From positions 64,001-128,000 of the IMG/VR virus record IMGVR_UViG_3300045988_099276: 64,000 nt of DNA; one strand, written 5' to 3'. Below, one piece after another: positions 19,832 through 29,008 of this stretch; positions within the stretch are counted from its first letter, which is position 1, and every line of letters begins with the position of its first letter. The notes beneath the pieces are model-generated. The model had not been told where the DNA came from. It did no database searches and saw nothing but the letters and a program-made list of their open reading frames with translations. The DNA comes from a virus. The position numbers and the translations under genes were made by a program.

Positions 19832-20135
19832 ACTGCTCCTTCCATTTGTTGAATTCATCTTTTGTTATATAGTTATCCGCAGTTTGCGGCTCAACTTTTT
19901 GGAAGGAGTATTCTGAAATGGTAGATATACCATTCATATCAGTTTCTTTCAAATAAAAAATATCCTTATTTGAGTCCATAAGCAACGCTTTCGTTCCGCG
20001 AGGAACGGCACAGTTTTCCGCTTCTTGACGATTAGACACAAATCTAACGCCTTGAATTTGATTTGCGGGTGTGTAGGCGCTATTCTGCATAGGCATATAT
20101 GGCGCATATGGATTGAAATAAGGATATTCGTTCAT
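19752..20135 (-). CDS. hypothetical protein
   Basis: AAGGAGAACACC SD-like sequence upstream. 127 aa. Its 3' end overlaps the next ORF by about 80 nt. Confidence 0.45.
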   Translation of the reverse strand: MNEYPYFNPYAPYMPMQNSAYTPANQIQGVRFVSNRQEAENCAVPRGTKALLMDSNKDIFYLKETDMNGISTISEYSFQKVEPQTADNYITKDEFNKWKEQYESIISNIAANTNAAKQPNDRVVGLH

Positions 20136-20321
20136 GGTGTTCTCCTTAGTGATATGTAGTAATACATATATATAAAAGAAGATATGGTAAGAGTTAATCT
20201 ATTTTATTGCATGGAATCTGATTTAACTTCATTACCATATCTTCGTAGTGTCTTTAAGATTTTTCTCTCTATTGTACCTAAAAATTAGAGGGTAAAAATT
20301 ATAATACTTTGCCCAATAATT

Positions 20322-21053
20322 TTAAATTTTTATCCACAACTTACATCTTGAATCTGTTGGCTGAGTAGATGAAACTTGAACTGAATATTCAGTGTTTGCA
20401 CTTCCAGCAGTAGTGGCATATTTAACTGATTGAGAACCAATATCAGCTGATGTAATACATTGGCCGTAATATGAATCGTCTGAGTTATATAGAGAAACAT
20501 TCGGAGTACCATTTAAACCTTTGACGCAAAAGGCACCACTCTTATTATGGTCACCAATAGCAGCATCATCGCCAACGACATACCAAGTATTGTTTGCGAA
20601 ATACGGTTCTAGCTTAGAAGGAAAATCACTGATTTGAGACTTTGTATGTGTATGACTAGAAGGCGTATATGTATTTGGCTTTCCAGATATATTATTCCAA
20701 GCGACAGCATTCGCAGTGGCGGCTGTAGTCGCTGTTGTGGCACTTCCTGCTGAATCAGCATATCCCGCAGACATTTTATACCAAGCACTAGAATTTAGCG
20801 CTCTTTTGTATAAATAAGATGATGCTCCGTCTGGAATAGCAATTTGAAATGGAGTGCCAATATCTGCATCGGTGAACACACTTGCCCATGTGCCAACGGG
20901 AGAAGATGCGTTGCCACCAGTTGACGGCACTCCCCTGACAACATAATAACCAGTTTTGGTATGATTATCTAGATTCGTATCAGTTGTTACTGTTTCTGTC
21001 AACAGCGGTATTTTAGAAAATTTACTACCATCAGAAAGATAAAGTTCAGCCAT
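20322..21053 (-). CDS. tail fibre protein E (HxH motif; conserved C-terminal QPT..CKLWIKI tag)
   Basis: MAELYLSDGSKF N-terminus is shared with fibres B and D. SSHTHTKSQISDFPS HxH motif. C-terminus VSSTQPTDSRCKLWIKI. No SD before the ATG. Confidence 0.65.
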   Translation of the reverse strand: MAELYLSDGSKFSKIPLLTETVTTDTNLDNHTKTGYYVVRGVPSTGGNASSPVGTWASVFTDADIGTPFQIAIPDGASSYLYKRALNSSAWYKMSAGYADSAGSATTATTAATANAVAWNNISGKPNTYTPSSHTHTKSQISDFPSKLEPYFANNTWYVVGDDAAIGDHNKSGAFCVKGLNGTPNVSLYNSDDSYYGQCITSADIGSQSVKYATTAGSANTEYSVQVSSTQPTDSRCKLWIKI

Positions 21054-21117
21054 TTAAATCAATTAAACTAGTTAATGTGGGCTTAAAGCCCCCCCCCCAA
21101 GAAGTGTAAGTTTGCAT
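21046..21117 (-). promoter_or_regulatory. leader mini-ORF with G10 tract (C-run 21089-21098 on +); its stop overlaps the fibre E start
   Basis: GAAAGGAATTTTT-ATG CAA ACT TAC ACT TCT TGG GGG GGG GGC TTT AAG CCC ... AAT GGC TGA. The TGA lies within ATGGCTGA of fibre E. A GGGC-TTTAA-GCCC hairpin uses the tract. Confidence 0.5.
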
Positions 21118-21134
21118 AAAAATTCCTTTCAATC

Positions 21135-22181
21135 TTAAATTTTAATCCATATCTTACATGTATTGCTAGTAGGCTTTGTGCTAGATATGGTTACAATGTC
21201 GCTCGCTGCCTTGGCATTGAGCTTTGTGTTCATTTCACTTTCAGTATAGTAGCGGTCATCGTGAGTGTGGCTAGAGTTGGCTTTGCCGTTTAATTTAGTA
21301 TTGATTTCGCTTTCAGTGTAATATCTATCATCGTGAGTGTGACTTGACGGAGCATACGTAGAAGGTTTGCCATTAACATTCCCCCATGACACACTATTGG
21401 CAGAACCAGCACTGCTGGCATATGCAACTTTACCAACATCATAACCAGTAGCTTGTGCAGTATATGCTCTTGTGTCCATTGCAGCTCGGGGTTCATCGTT
21501 CATTAACTGCCAAGAAGAGCCATTACCACCACGGGTGCTGTTTGCTAAAATTCGGATATTACACGAATTATATGTGCCAGTAGCATGAAAATATAAATCA
21601 GCATATCCAACAGTTGATTTAGCAGAATGTATTTTTAAAATAAATTGGTCTGGTTCATATCCATATCTACAAAGCCATTGAACGTTTCCATGAGTAGCCA
21701 CAGCGCTTTCAGATACATTATCATTGCGGAAACGGACTGCTAGAATGCCAAATCCACCACTTTCGTAACCAGAATCTACACACAATACAACGCTACCATC
21801 GAAAGAATTAGTTTTTGATTCAAGCTTTAAACAACGCCAATATGGTTTAGCAGCACTGCTTTGAGTAACATATCGGACAGTACCATTTAAATAATTAGCG
21901 ATATTAGCTGTACCAGAAATATTACATGATACAACATTTCCTACTGGATTATATTTAAAATTATCGCTATGAACTCTTTGATTATCTGCACTATTATTTG
22001 AAAACCAAACATGTCTTGCAGCATTGTCCGAAGCGGTACCATAACTTTTTACTTCTTTCGCGGCACCTCCTGCGGAATCTGCACCCGCATAATTATGGCT
22101 ATGACTAGCAGCTGCTGCTCCCACCATATCTGGCGTCCACTCTTTAAAAGACCCGCCACTGGGATAATACGCTTTAGCCAA
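21135..22181 (-). CDS. tail fibre protein D
   Basis: TTG start without an SD. MAKAYYPSGGSF N-terminus. Tandem SSHTHDDRYYTESE repeats. C-terminus ISSTKPTSNTCKIWIKI. Confidence 0.65.
   Translation of the reverse strand: MAKAYYPSGGSFKEWTPDMVGAAAASHSHNYAGADSAGGAAKEVKSYGTASDNAARHVWFSNNSADNQRVHSDNFKYNPVGNVVSCNISGTANIANYLNGTVRYVTQSSAAKPYWRCLKLESKTNSFDGSVVLCVDSGYESGGFGILAVRFRNDNVSESAVATHGNVQWLCRYGYEPDQFILKIHSAKSTVGYADLYFHATGTYNSCNIRILANSTRGGNGSSWQLMNDEPRAAMDTRAYTAQATGYDVGKVAYASSAGSANSVSWGNVNGKPSTYAPSSHTHDDRYYTESEINTKLNGKANSSHTHDDRYYTESEMNTKLNAKAASDIVTISSTKPTSNTCKIWIKI
21204..21347 (-). repeat. tandem 24-codon repeat inside fibre D
   Basis: SSHTHDDRYYTESEINTKLNGKAN / SSHTHDDRYYTESEMNTKLNAKAA. Confidence 0.8.
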
Positions 22182-22193
22182 TTAAATCATTGG

Positions 22194-22253
22194 CTACTGA
22201 TGCCCCCCCCAGCAGACCTCACTAAAGGTGCGCTGTGTTAAAATATTCTTCAT
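22194..22253 (-). promoter_or_regulatory. leader mini-ORF with G8 tract (C-run 22203-22210 on +)
   Basis: ATG AAG AAT ATT ... GTC TGC TGG GGG GGG CAT CAG TAG, ending 12 nt before the TTG of fibre D. It starts 7 nt after the fibre C stop (TAG TGA TAA T ATG). Confidence 0.45.
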
Positions 22254-22260
22254 ATTATCA

Positions 22261-23721
22261 CTATACCTTAATCCATAATTTACAAGTACTCGCGTTGGGC
22301 TGCGAAGAAGAAACGATAACTTCTTCTGGCCGCCAAGTGTTAGTGTCATTATCAGTAAGCGCAATAGTCGCATTGCCAGACTGGTTCAAAGTAAACGTAC
22401 CCTTTGTAGCGCCGTTCTGCGTAATTGTAATAGTACCATTGCCGACAGAAGGAATTGACGGTCTGTTAGAGATTTCAGACCAAGAATAGGAAGGTTTGCT
22501 TGAAGCCTTAGCCCAAGCATACACATCACTTGCTGGCATACTGGTAGGGAAATCTGTAATCTGGGACTTTGAATGAGTGTGTGAAGAAGCGGCGGCACCG
22601 ATACTAGAAGCTGTGATATTAATATTCTTGACTGCACTACCATCATATGCACCTTGAGAAGTACCATTTAAAGAAATGGTAAGCGCATTAGGATTCTTTA
22701 AAGAACTTGGAACAGTAGGAATAGTAGGCTTATTGGAAAGGTCATTATATGAGCCGCTTGTCGCAACGGTAGCAAAAGATGGCTTGCCAGATACCTGTGA
22801 CCAAGTAGGAGTATGATTGGAATCAAAATAATGCGCCCAAGCGCTCCAAGCGTTAACATTAAACTGGCGAATCCAAGTTTTCATAGCATTGGTATTGCCC
22901 TCAGTTAAAACTTGAACTAGATAACTGCCAGCTGTTCTTTTGACTTCAAGACCGAAAGCGTCTACGCCAGTGGGCTTATTCTTGACACTATTTGAACCAC
23001 CCGCAAAATAAAGGCCAACTGTTTTAGTATCATCAAGATTTTGTGTAGTAAGTTCTGTTACCTTTAGTGCGTTTGCGGTTGCAGCAGTAGTCGCACTGCC
23101 AGCACTAGCCGCATACTTTACACTCTTGGCAGAGTCAGCGGTATTATCAACATTACCTAGACCGACTTCTGCCTTAGAATATGAAGGTTTTGTGGCTGCT
23201 TTCGCCCATGCAGAAACATCTGATGCTGGCATTGAAGTCGGAAAATCTGTAATATCGGCTTTAACATGTTTGTGACCAGTATCAGACTTACCGTCAAGAG
23301 CAGATTTAACAACCTTACTCTGAACTGGATTGGTAGAATTAGTAACGAACGATGTATCTACAACTGTCTTGTTCGCGCCAGTAGCAACACCGTCAAGTTT
23401 AGCCTTATCTGCGGCAGACATAAGACCTGCGGCACTGGTAGTAGCATTGCCGTATACAGTATTTGAATCGGTAACATTAAATGTACTACCATCGCTACCC
23501 TTGAGGGTAATTGTATTGCCATTTTTGGTTAGATTATAAGTTGTATTTGTATTGATATTATCTTTAATCTGAATCAGAGAGGATGAAGAAATACCCATCC
23601 ACAAAGTGCCGGTATCGGTGGCAACATACAATGCACCGTCCAATACTTTATTTTCGGCAGTGAGTGCTTTGATATTAGGTTCTTTATCTCTGATAAATTT
23701 TACTCTTGCTATCTTGCTCAC
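22261..23721 (-). CDS. tail fibre protein C
   Basis: N-terminus VKFIRDKEP...ALYVATDTGTLW is shared with other fibres. Two HxH blocks (GHKHVKADITDFPTSMPASDV, SHTHSKSQITDFPTSMPASDV). C-terminus VSSSQPNASTCKLWIKV. Confidence 0.7.
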   Translation of the reverse strand: MSKIARVKFIRDKEPNIKALTAENKVLDGALYVATDTGTLWMGISSSSLIQIKDNINTNTTYNLTKNGNTITLKGSDGSTFNVTDSNTVYGNATTSAAGLMSAADKAKLDGVATGANKTVVDTSFVTNSTNPVQSKVVKSALDGKSDTGHKHVKADITDFPTSMPASDVSAWAKAATKPSYSKAEVGLGNVDNTADSAKSVKYAASAGSATTAATANALKVTELTTQNLDDTKTVGLYFAGGSNSVKNKPTGVDAFGLEVKRTAGSYLVQVLTEGNTNAMKTWIRQFNVNAWSAWAHYFDSNHTPTWSQVSGKPSFATVATSGSYNDLSNKPTIPTVPSSLKNPNALTISLNGTSQGAYDGSAVKNINITASSIGAAASSHTHSKSQITDFPTSMPASDVYAWAKASSKPSYSWSEISNRPSIPSVGNGTITITQNGATKGTFTLNQSGNATIALTDNDTNTWRPEEVIVSSSQPNASTCKLWIKV

Positions 23722-23736
23722 ATCCTTTCTGATAGA

Positions 23737-24498
23737 CTATTTAATAGAAGACCAAGTTAAATCATCTGGCGTAGCAAAATCAGAAGCATCATGATATGCG
23801 GCAGATTTTAAACCATATACTGCCACAGATTTATCTTTAACTTTGATTGTACCATTTGTAGTGCCAGTAGTAATAGATGTAACTGTCAAAACATCAGATG
23901 GCAAAATGCCGCTTGCAACGGTATCGACATATGCTTTAGTGGCAATGTCATTATCGTCATTGATGGCTTGACCAGCCGCGTATTTAATTTTACCAGATAA
24001 AGTACCACCAGTAAGAGGAAGATATTTCGCTTTCTCTTGGTCGGTATATGCCTTTGCATCTTTAAGGGCTTTATCTGCCCTTACTTGTGCGTCTGTTGAA
24101 GACGCACCAGATGCAGTCTTAATTGCTGAATTCATCTCACTCTTGGTTGGATAGTTCGATAGGTCGGTCTTAGAACCACCTAGCTTTTCAAACTTACCAT
24201 TAACCCAAAAATATTCAGTATATTCATTGCTGGATTCAGTCAAATCTGGCAACATATAAATTGTATTTTCTTCGCCAGTAGAAGGAAGAGTTGACCCTTT
24301 TGCAAGCACAACACGTTTAAGATGCGGCGCACCTGCCACTGCATTGGCAATAGCTGTGTTCATAGCATCCTTTTTAACATATTCTGCTGGAATTTTGTTA
24401 CTTGGAATGTTAATATCCCAATTAATATCAGAAGCATCTACGAGTTTGAAAGTGCCGTTATTCTTTTGTTTGATTTTATCAATAAGTTGAACAGGCAT
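23737..24498 (-). CDS. tail fibre/minor structural protein
   Basis: The TIYMLPD...YTEYFWVNGKFEKLGG block is shared with 25341..26987. LPLTGGTLSGKI...ATKAYVD is a fibre motif. Confidence 0.6.
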   Translation of the reverse strand: MPVQLIDKIKQKNNGTFKLVDASDINWDINIPSNKIPAEYVKKDAMNTAIANAVAGAPHLKRVVLAKGSTLPSTGEENTIYMLPDLTESSNEYTEYFWVNGKFEKLGGSKTDLSNYPTKSEMNSAIKTASGASSTDAQVRADKALKDAKAYTDQEKAKYLPLTGGTLSGKIKYAAGQAINDDNDIATKAYVDTVASGILPSDVLTVTSITTGTTNGTIKVKDKSVAVYGLKSAAYHDASDFATPDDLTWSSIK

Positions 24499-25316
24499 TA
24501 TTTCACCTCCACCGTAGTTGCACCTAATCCTGCATTAGTTGACCTATAGATATTATAAGAAGCGGTATAGCCACTTGCATTTGTGAAATCAAAAGTCTTT
24601 ACTTTGTTGAAGCCACCCTCGAAACCTCCAACATAAAATGCGGGAGTTCCAAAAGAAGCAGGAATAGCAAAATAAATATGCTGCTCAGCATTAGCTGTGA
24701 CGCTCCATGAACCAGTGCGGCCAGACACTAGATTTTTAGTAAGCCCTTTGACAAATGTCGCATCCATCCTAGAAGTATCTGTTATATTGCTCACGCCATA
24801 GTATTTACCATTTAAAAAGTAAATTGTAGTCTGCTTAGTAGATGTGGCTTTGCGAGCATCAGTAGCGGTCAAAGTAAATGCGGTCGTTGCGGTAAGAGGT
24901 GCCGCAAATGTAATTGCCGCATTCCCAGATTGTGTCTTATTGATTTCAAATGATTGGCTACCTGTTGTAATTGTCAGTTTAGAAGGTTGTTTGTTCAAAT
25001 TCCAAGAGAAGTTGGAAGATGGAAGACGAGAACCTATTTCAAGTGTGCCGCTATTGTTAGAAAAACTATTAACGGACATCGCTTTATAAATTGAAAGTGT
25101 GCCGTCAGAGGTAATATCAAAATCTCCGCTTGGCTTGATAATACCTGCAGCAGAACCCGTGGCAATTTTAATATCGCCACAGCTATATTTGATATTATTT
25201 TTCATGATACTCGTGGTATCTGAAAGAAAATAGATGCCGTTGGGGTCTATTTTGGTAGACCCCAACGCATCATACTCTGATTGCACGCCTGTGTAAAATC
25301 TAATATCAGCAGACAT
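24498..25316 (-). CDS. tail fibre/receptor-binding-like protein
   Basis: N-terminus IRFYTGVQSEYDALGSTKIDPNGIYFLSDT is a fibre N-terminal pattern. ATGA-type overlap with the downstream gene. Confidence 0.55.
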   Translation of the reverse strand: MSADIRFYTGVQSEYDALGSTKIDPNGIYFLSDTTSIMKNNIKYSCGDIKIATGSAAGIIKPSGDFDITSDGTLSIYKAMSVNSFSNNSGTLEIGSRLPSSNFSWNLNKQPSKLTITTGSQSFEINKTQSGNAAITFAAPLTATTAFTLTATDARKATSTKQTTIYFLNGKYYGVSNITDTSRMDATFVKGLTKNLVSGRTGSWSVTANAEQHIYFAIPASFGTPAFYVGGFEGGFNKVKTFDFTNASGYTASYNIYRSTNAGLGATTVEVK

Positions 25317-25340
25317 ACAATCTCCTTAATCTAATTTAAA

Positions 25341-26987
25341 TTAGAGCGTCTGCCATTCAATTAGGCTGTTAGCATATTCCTTCGCAGATTTAAGAGCGTT
25401 GTTAGCCTTGGTAGTAGCATCTGCGGCAGCAGCGTCAATAGCTTCGCTCTTCTTTGTGTCAGCATAAGTCTTAGCTTCAGAAAGAGCGCCAGCAGCGGAA
25501 CCAGAAGCATCAAAAGCACCACTGTTCTGATAGGCAGCAGAACCAAGACCCTTAACGGCAACGTCTGTACCCTTGACAGAGATTGTACCGTTAGCGGTAC
25601 CAGAAATAACGTCAGCAGCCTGTAGAGCAGTATCGGCCTTTGTACCCTGAGCAGAGGTAGCGAAAGCACCAGTGGCGGCATACGCGGCAGTACCTAGGCC
25701 ATGAACCTTGACGGGAGCGCCCTTAACGGAGATAGCACCGTTAACAGTACCCTCAACAACATCAGCAGCCTGTAGAGCAGAATCAGCTTTATCACCTTGG
25801 TCGGCAGTAGCATAATTCTTGGCTAGACCATCAGAATAAGCCTTAGCATCTTCAAGAGCCTTATCAGCCTTTTTACCAGCTTCGGTGATAGCAGCAGCTT
25901 GAGCAGCGTTAGCCTTTGTGGTGGCATCGGTTGCGGCAGCAGCAATGGCAGCATTCTTAGCAGCATCGGCCTTAGTCTGAGCATCGGCAGCAGCTACGCC
26001 CTTAGCGGTAGTAATAGCACTAGTTACTTGGTCTTTAGTGAAGTAATTGCTAAGGTCTGTATCAGAAGTACCAATGCGTTCAAAGGCACCATTGATAAGC
26101 ATATACTCAGTGTATACAGACTTATTAGAACCTGCGGCATCAGCGCTGCCAGAATCAGGAACCATATAAATTGTATCTTCATTGGCAGCAGAAACCTCGG
26201 GGAGCTGAGCAACGATTTCACGCTTTAGGTGATGTGCGTTAGCTACAGCAGAAGTGATATGGCTATCAACTTCGGTCTTTGTATAAGCATCTCCGATACC
26301 ATAGCCAGCAAGAGTAGTAGCCTTGTTAGCTTTTTTATCAATTTCAGCCTGTAGAGCAGTCTTTGCGGCACCAACCTGACGGGTTGTCTCAGCAGCAGCA
26401 GCTTCGATAGCTTCTGTTTTCTTGGTAGCAGAATCAGCCTTGGCATCCTCTAGAGCCTTATTGGCTTTAGTAGTAGCGTCTGCGGCAGCGGCTCCAATAG
26501 CAGCCTGCTTAGCATCAGCAGCAGCTTTCTTGATAGAGCCTTCGCCCTCACCGTTAATAACGCCAATAGCAGCTTCATTAGCATTAGCTTTGCCCTCAAC
26601 AGCGGTAACGCGGTCAGCTAGAGCACCTGTATTAAGATTAGCAATAGTATCCTTAACATAATCGGCAACAGACTTAGCAGTAGCAAGCTCAGCGGCAGTG
26701 CTAGCATCAGAAATAGTAGTAGCCTTGGGAAGAACTACGGTCTGAAAAGCAGAGCCATCATAAAAACGAACTTCACCAGTAGTCTTATGGACATAGAGGA
26801 CATTCTGCTTAGCCGTATCGGTTGCAGGGAAAGCATCAACAGTCTTGTAAACGCCACCAGAGAAGCACTGGTCACCCTTGAAGATTTGGTTGACACCGTT
26901 ACCGATAAAGTACAGAGTATTGGGGTCTTTTACAGCAAGAGAGTTATACTTTGCAAGGTCGGTAGCAATAAATTTTACTTGTGCCAT
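25341..26987 (-). CDS. Ala-rich repetitive fibre protein
   Basis: N-terminus MAQVKFIATDLAKYNSL...NTLYFIG. Four copies of AADATTKAN.AL.(D/S)AK(A/E)Y, repeated TVNGAISVKGAPVKVHGLG / TANGTISVKGTDVAVKGLG, and the IYMVPD...YTEYMLINGAFERIG block. Confidence 0.65.
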   Translation of the reverse strand: MAQVKFIATDLAKYNSLAVKDPNTLYFIGNGVNQIFKGDQCFSGGVYKTVDAFPATDTAKQNVLYVHKTTGEVRFYDGSAFQTVVLPKATTISDASTAAELATAKSVADYVKDTIANLNTGALADRVTAVEGKANANEAAIGVINGEGEGSIKKAAADAKQAAIGAAAADATTKANKALEDAKADSATKKTEAIEAAAAETTRQVGAAKTALQAEIDKKANKATTLAGYGIGDAYTKTEVDSHITSAVANAHHLKREIVAQLPEVSAANEDTIYMVPDSGSADAAGSNKSVYTEYMLINGAFERIGTSDTDLSNYFTKDQVTSAITTAKGVAAADAQTKADAAKNAAIAAAATDATTKANAAQAAAITEAGKKADKALEDAKAYSDGLAKNYATADQGDKADSALQAADVVEGTVNGAISVKGAPVKVHGLGTAAYAATGAFATSAQGTKADTALQAADVISGTANGTISVKGTDVAVKGLGSAAYQNSGAFDASGSAAGALSEAKTYADTKKSEAIDAAAADATTKANNALKSAKEYANSLIEWQTL

Positions 26988-27053
26988 GTAACATCCTTTC
27001 TTTTACATCTTGCAATACATATATATTATAAGCGCATTTGCGCATATAACCAA

Positions 27054-27485
27054 TTAAGATTCCAACTGATTCCATTCAGTTAGATTTGAAACCATAATAT
27101 ATTCTTTTGTGGCCGCAGACCATTTATAAGTAGCTTTGTCGGCAACATATAGTGTCTTTGGATTCCCTTCTTTTGGAAAATCTAGAACGCTTGTGGCAAA
27201 CACGATAGGCTCTAGATTGTCTGGAGTCATTTGCTGCCAAGAGCCATTTGAAAAATTCCACATGACGTTCGTAGAAGTGACGTAATAATATCCTTCAATG
27301 ACAGCAGTATATTTAATTCTGTCTTCTTCTGTGGCAAATGTCTGAATTGTCTTGAATGGATAGCGACCGCCATTGAAATCTAGACAAACTGTGCCGCCGT
27401 CAGTTACAAAAATAATATTGCCGTCACGCACTGGGAGCTTTGAGAGGTTCTTCGCGCTAACAGTGTAGAGGTTAGTATAAGTCAT
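27054..27485 (-). CDS. small fibre/receptor-binding-like protein
   Basis: N-terminus LYTVSAKNLSKLPVRDGNIIFVTDGG is a fibre N-terminal pattern. Abuts the upstream gene. Confidence 0.5.
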   Translation of the reverse strand: MTYTNLYTVSAKNLSKLPVRDGNIIFVTDGGTVCLDFNGGRYPFKTIQTFATEEDRIKYTAVIEGYYYVTSTNVMWNFSNGSWQQMTPDNLEPIVFATSVLDFPKEGNPKTLYVADKATYKWSAATKEYIMVSNLTEWNQLES

Positions 27486-28307
27486 TTAATCACCCTCCCC
27501 TACAAGTTTATCGAAGTCTATCATTTCAAGGTGCGGAGTTTGAATATTTCTATCAATATATTCTTTAATTGTAGAAATATCATCTGTAAACGTAATGCCG
27601 CATTTATCAGCATCTAGTTTTGAATCAATGCGGGCATCGACAATCGCCAAAGATTTCTTAGCTTCTTCCAGAGCTGCATCGGCTTTATTGCCAATTTGCT
27701 CAACACGTTCCATAGCTTCGGTAGCCTTTTTTGCCGCATCGTCTGCCTTACTAGCAGCCGCATTAGCTGTATCTACTGCTTCTTTTGCATCGACCTTTAC
27801 CTTGCTAAACTCAAGCAGCATGTCTTCAAATTCAATTTTCTGAGCAACCATCTGCTTTTTCATTTGGTCACCGATACAATTTAGACGAATAACTGCATTC
27901 TGGAATAGCGTGAAATCATCAGAAACTACAAAAGAAGAGCCGTCATTTGGGTCTGATAAAACGTGTACGATGAAGTTTGTAGACTGAGCAATAGAAACGC
28001 TGTCTACTAATTCAATGCAGCATAGAACATCGCCTTCGAGCAACATAGCTTGCGGCCATTTGATTTCCCAGATAATTGGGTCATCATTCGTCTGCGTGAA
28101 GACATTATATCCCTTAATCTTCTTTTGGCGATGGAACCAACTCAGATATACTTTAGTCTCAGGAGTAATTTGAGCAGCAGCTTCTTGGTCAAAAATAATC
28201 CTAAAAGTACGACCGTTCGCATCCGCGCCACCAGCTACAATAGGGTCTTTAATATCTTGGTCAAGAGACTTTAAATTGACTGTAACTGTTTTCAATTCCT
28301 GACTCAT
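27486..28307 (-). CDS. BppU-N-like baseplate/fibre-anchoring protein (tentative)
   Basis: The N-terminal beta domain (GGADANGRTFRIIFDQ...VYLSWFHRQ...GDVLCCIELVD) resembles lactococcal BppU_N. Ala-rich coiled C-terminus. Confidence 0.4.
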   Translation of the reverse strand: MSQELKTVTVNLKSLDQDIKDPIVAGGADANGRTFRIIFDQEAAAQITPETKVYLSWFHRQKKIKGYNVFTQTNDDPIIWEIKWPQAMLLEGDVLCCIELVDSVSIAQSTNFIVHVLSDPNDGSSFVVSDDFTLFQNAVIRLNCIGDQMKKQMVAQKIEFEDMLLEFSKVKVDAKEAVDTANAAASKADDAAKKATEAMERVEQIGNKADAALEEAKKSLAIVDARIDSKLDADKCGITFTDDISTIKEYIDRNIQTPHLEMIDFDKLVGEGD

Positions 28308-28841
28308 TTATTCACTCCTTTCATTGTTCTTTTGGCTTACAATAAATTGTGGATTGGAAAGATTGATTCTCGGTAGTTCGCGTATCTCTTCCATTAAGCC
28401 ATCAATGAATGAGTTGCCGCCTGCCGCTTTATAATATAAATATCTACGCTCTAGAGATTCTAGGTTAAGGTCATCAATAGCCTTGATTTCATAGCAAAAA
28501 TAGTGATGCTTGTCAATGATATAACTGCGAGAATTTTCCTGCAATCTTTCAAGAGTAAGTTTTTCATGCTCTTGGAGTGTTTTAATATCATTCGATTGGT
28601 TGCTAATTTCTTGGCTAAGATTTTTAACGTCTGCTTGCAACGAAGCAATACTTTCCACAATCTCAGAGTGCTTTATATCTTTAATTGTCTGATAGTTGAA
28701 ATACTTTTTTAATTTATCATAACAATATTCCAATAGCTCACTTAAAAATTTAAAAGCGACAGCTAAAGTCACAACTAGCATAACGATAGCCCCAAAAGAG
28801 TATTGCGATACCAGTTGCGATAAAGCATCCATTCTCGGCAA
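28308..28841 (-). CDS. membrane-anchored coiled-coil protein
   Basis: TM segment FGAIVMLVVTLAVAF followed by a coiled coil. Start is either TTG 28841 or ATG 28832. Confidence 0.45.
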   Translation of the reverse strand: MPRMDALSQLVSQYSFGAIVMLVVTLAVAFKFLSELLEYCYDKLKKYFNYQTIKDIKHSEIVESIASLQADVKNLSQEISNQSNDIKTLQEHEKLTLERLQENSRSYIIDKHHYFCYEIKAIDDLNLESLERRYLYYKAAGGNSFIDGLMEEIRELPRINLSNPQFIVSQKNNERSE

Positions 28842-28910
28842 TATCCCTTCTTCTCTACATAATCTATATAATATGAAAATAATTTGTATTTGATTTTAGG
28901 AATTTGCCCA

Positions 28911-28943
28911 TAAAAAAACGAGGGAAACATAAAGTTTCCCTCG
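28911..28943 (-). terminator. rho-independent terminator
   Basis: On the - strand: CGAGGGAAAC TTTAT GTTTCCCTCG followed by TTTTTTT. Confidence 0.75.
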
Positions 28944-29008
28944 AATTAATAAACTATGTCTAGGAGATTAACAAAATTTGATATTATGCTGCACCTCCTA
29001 TCATATAA

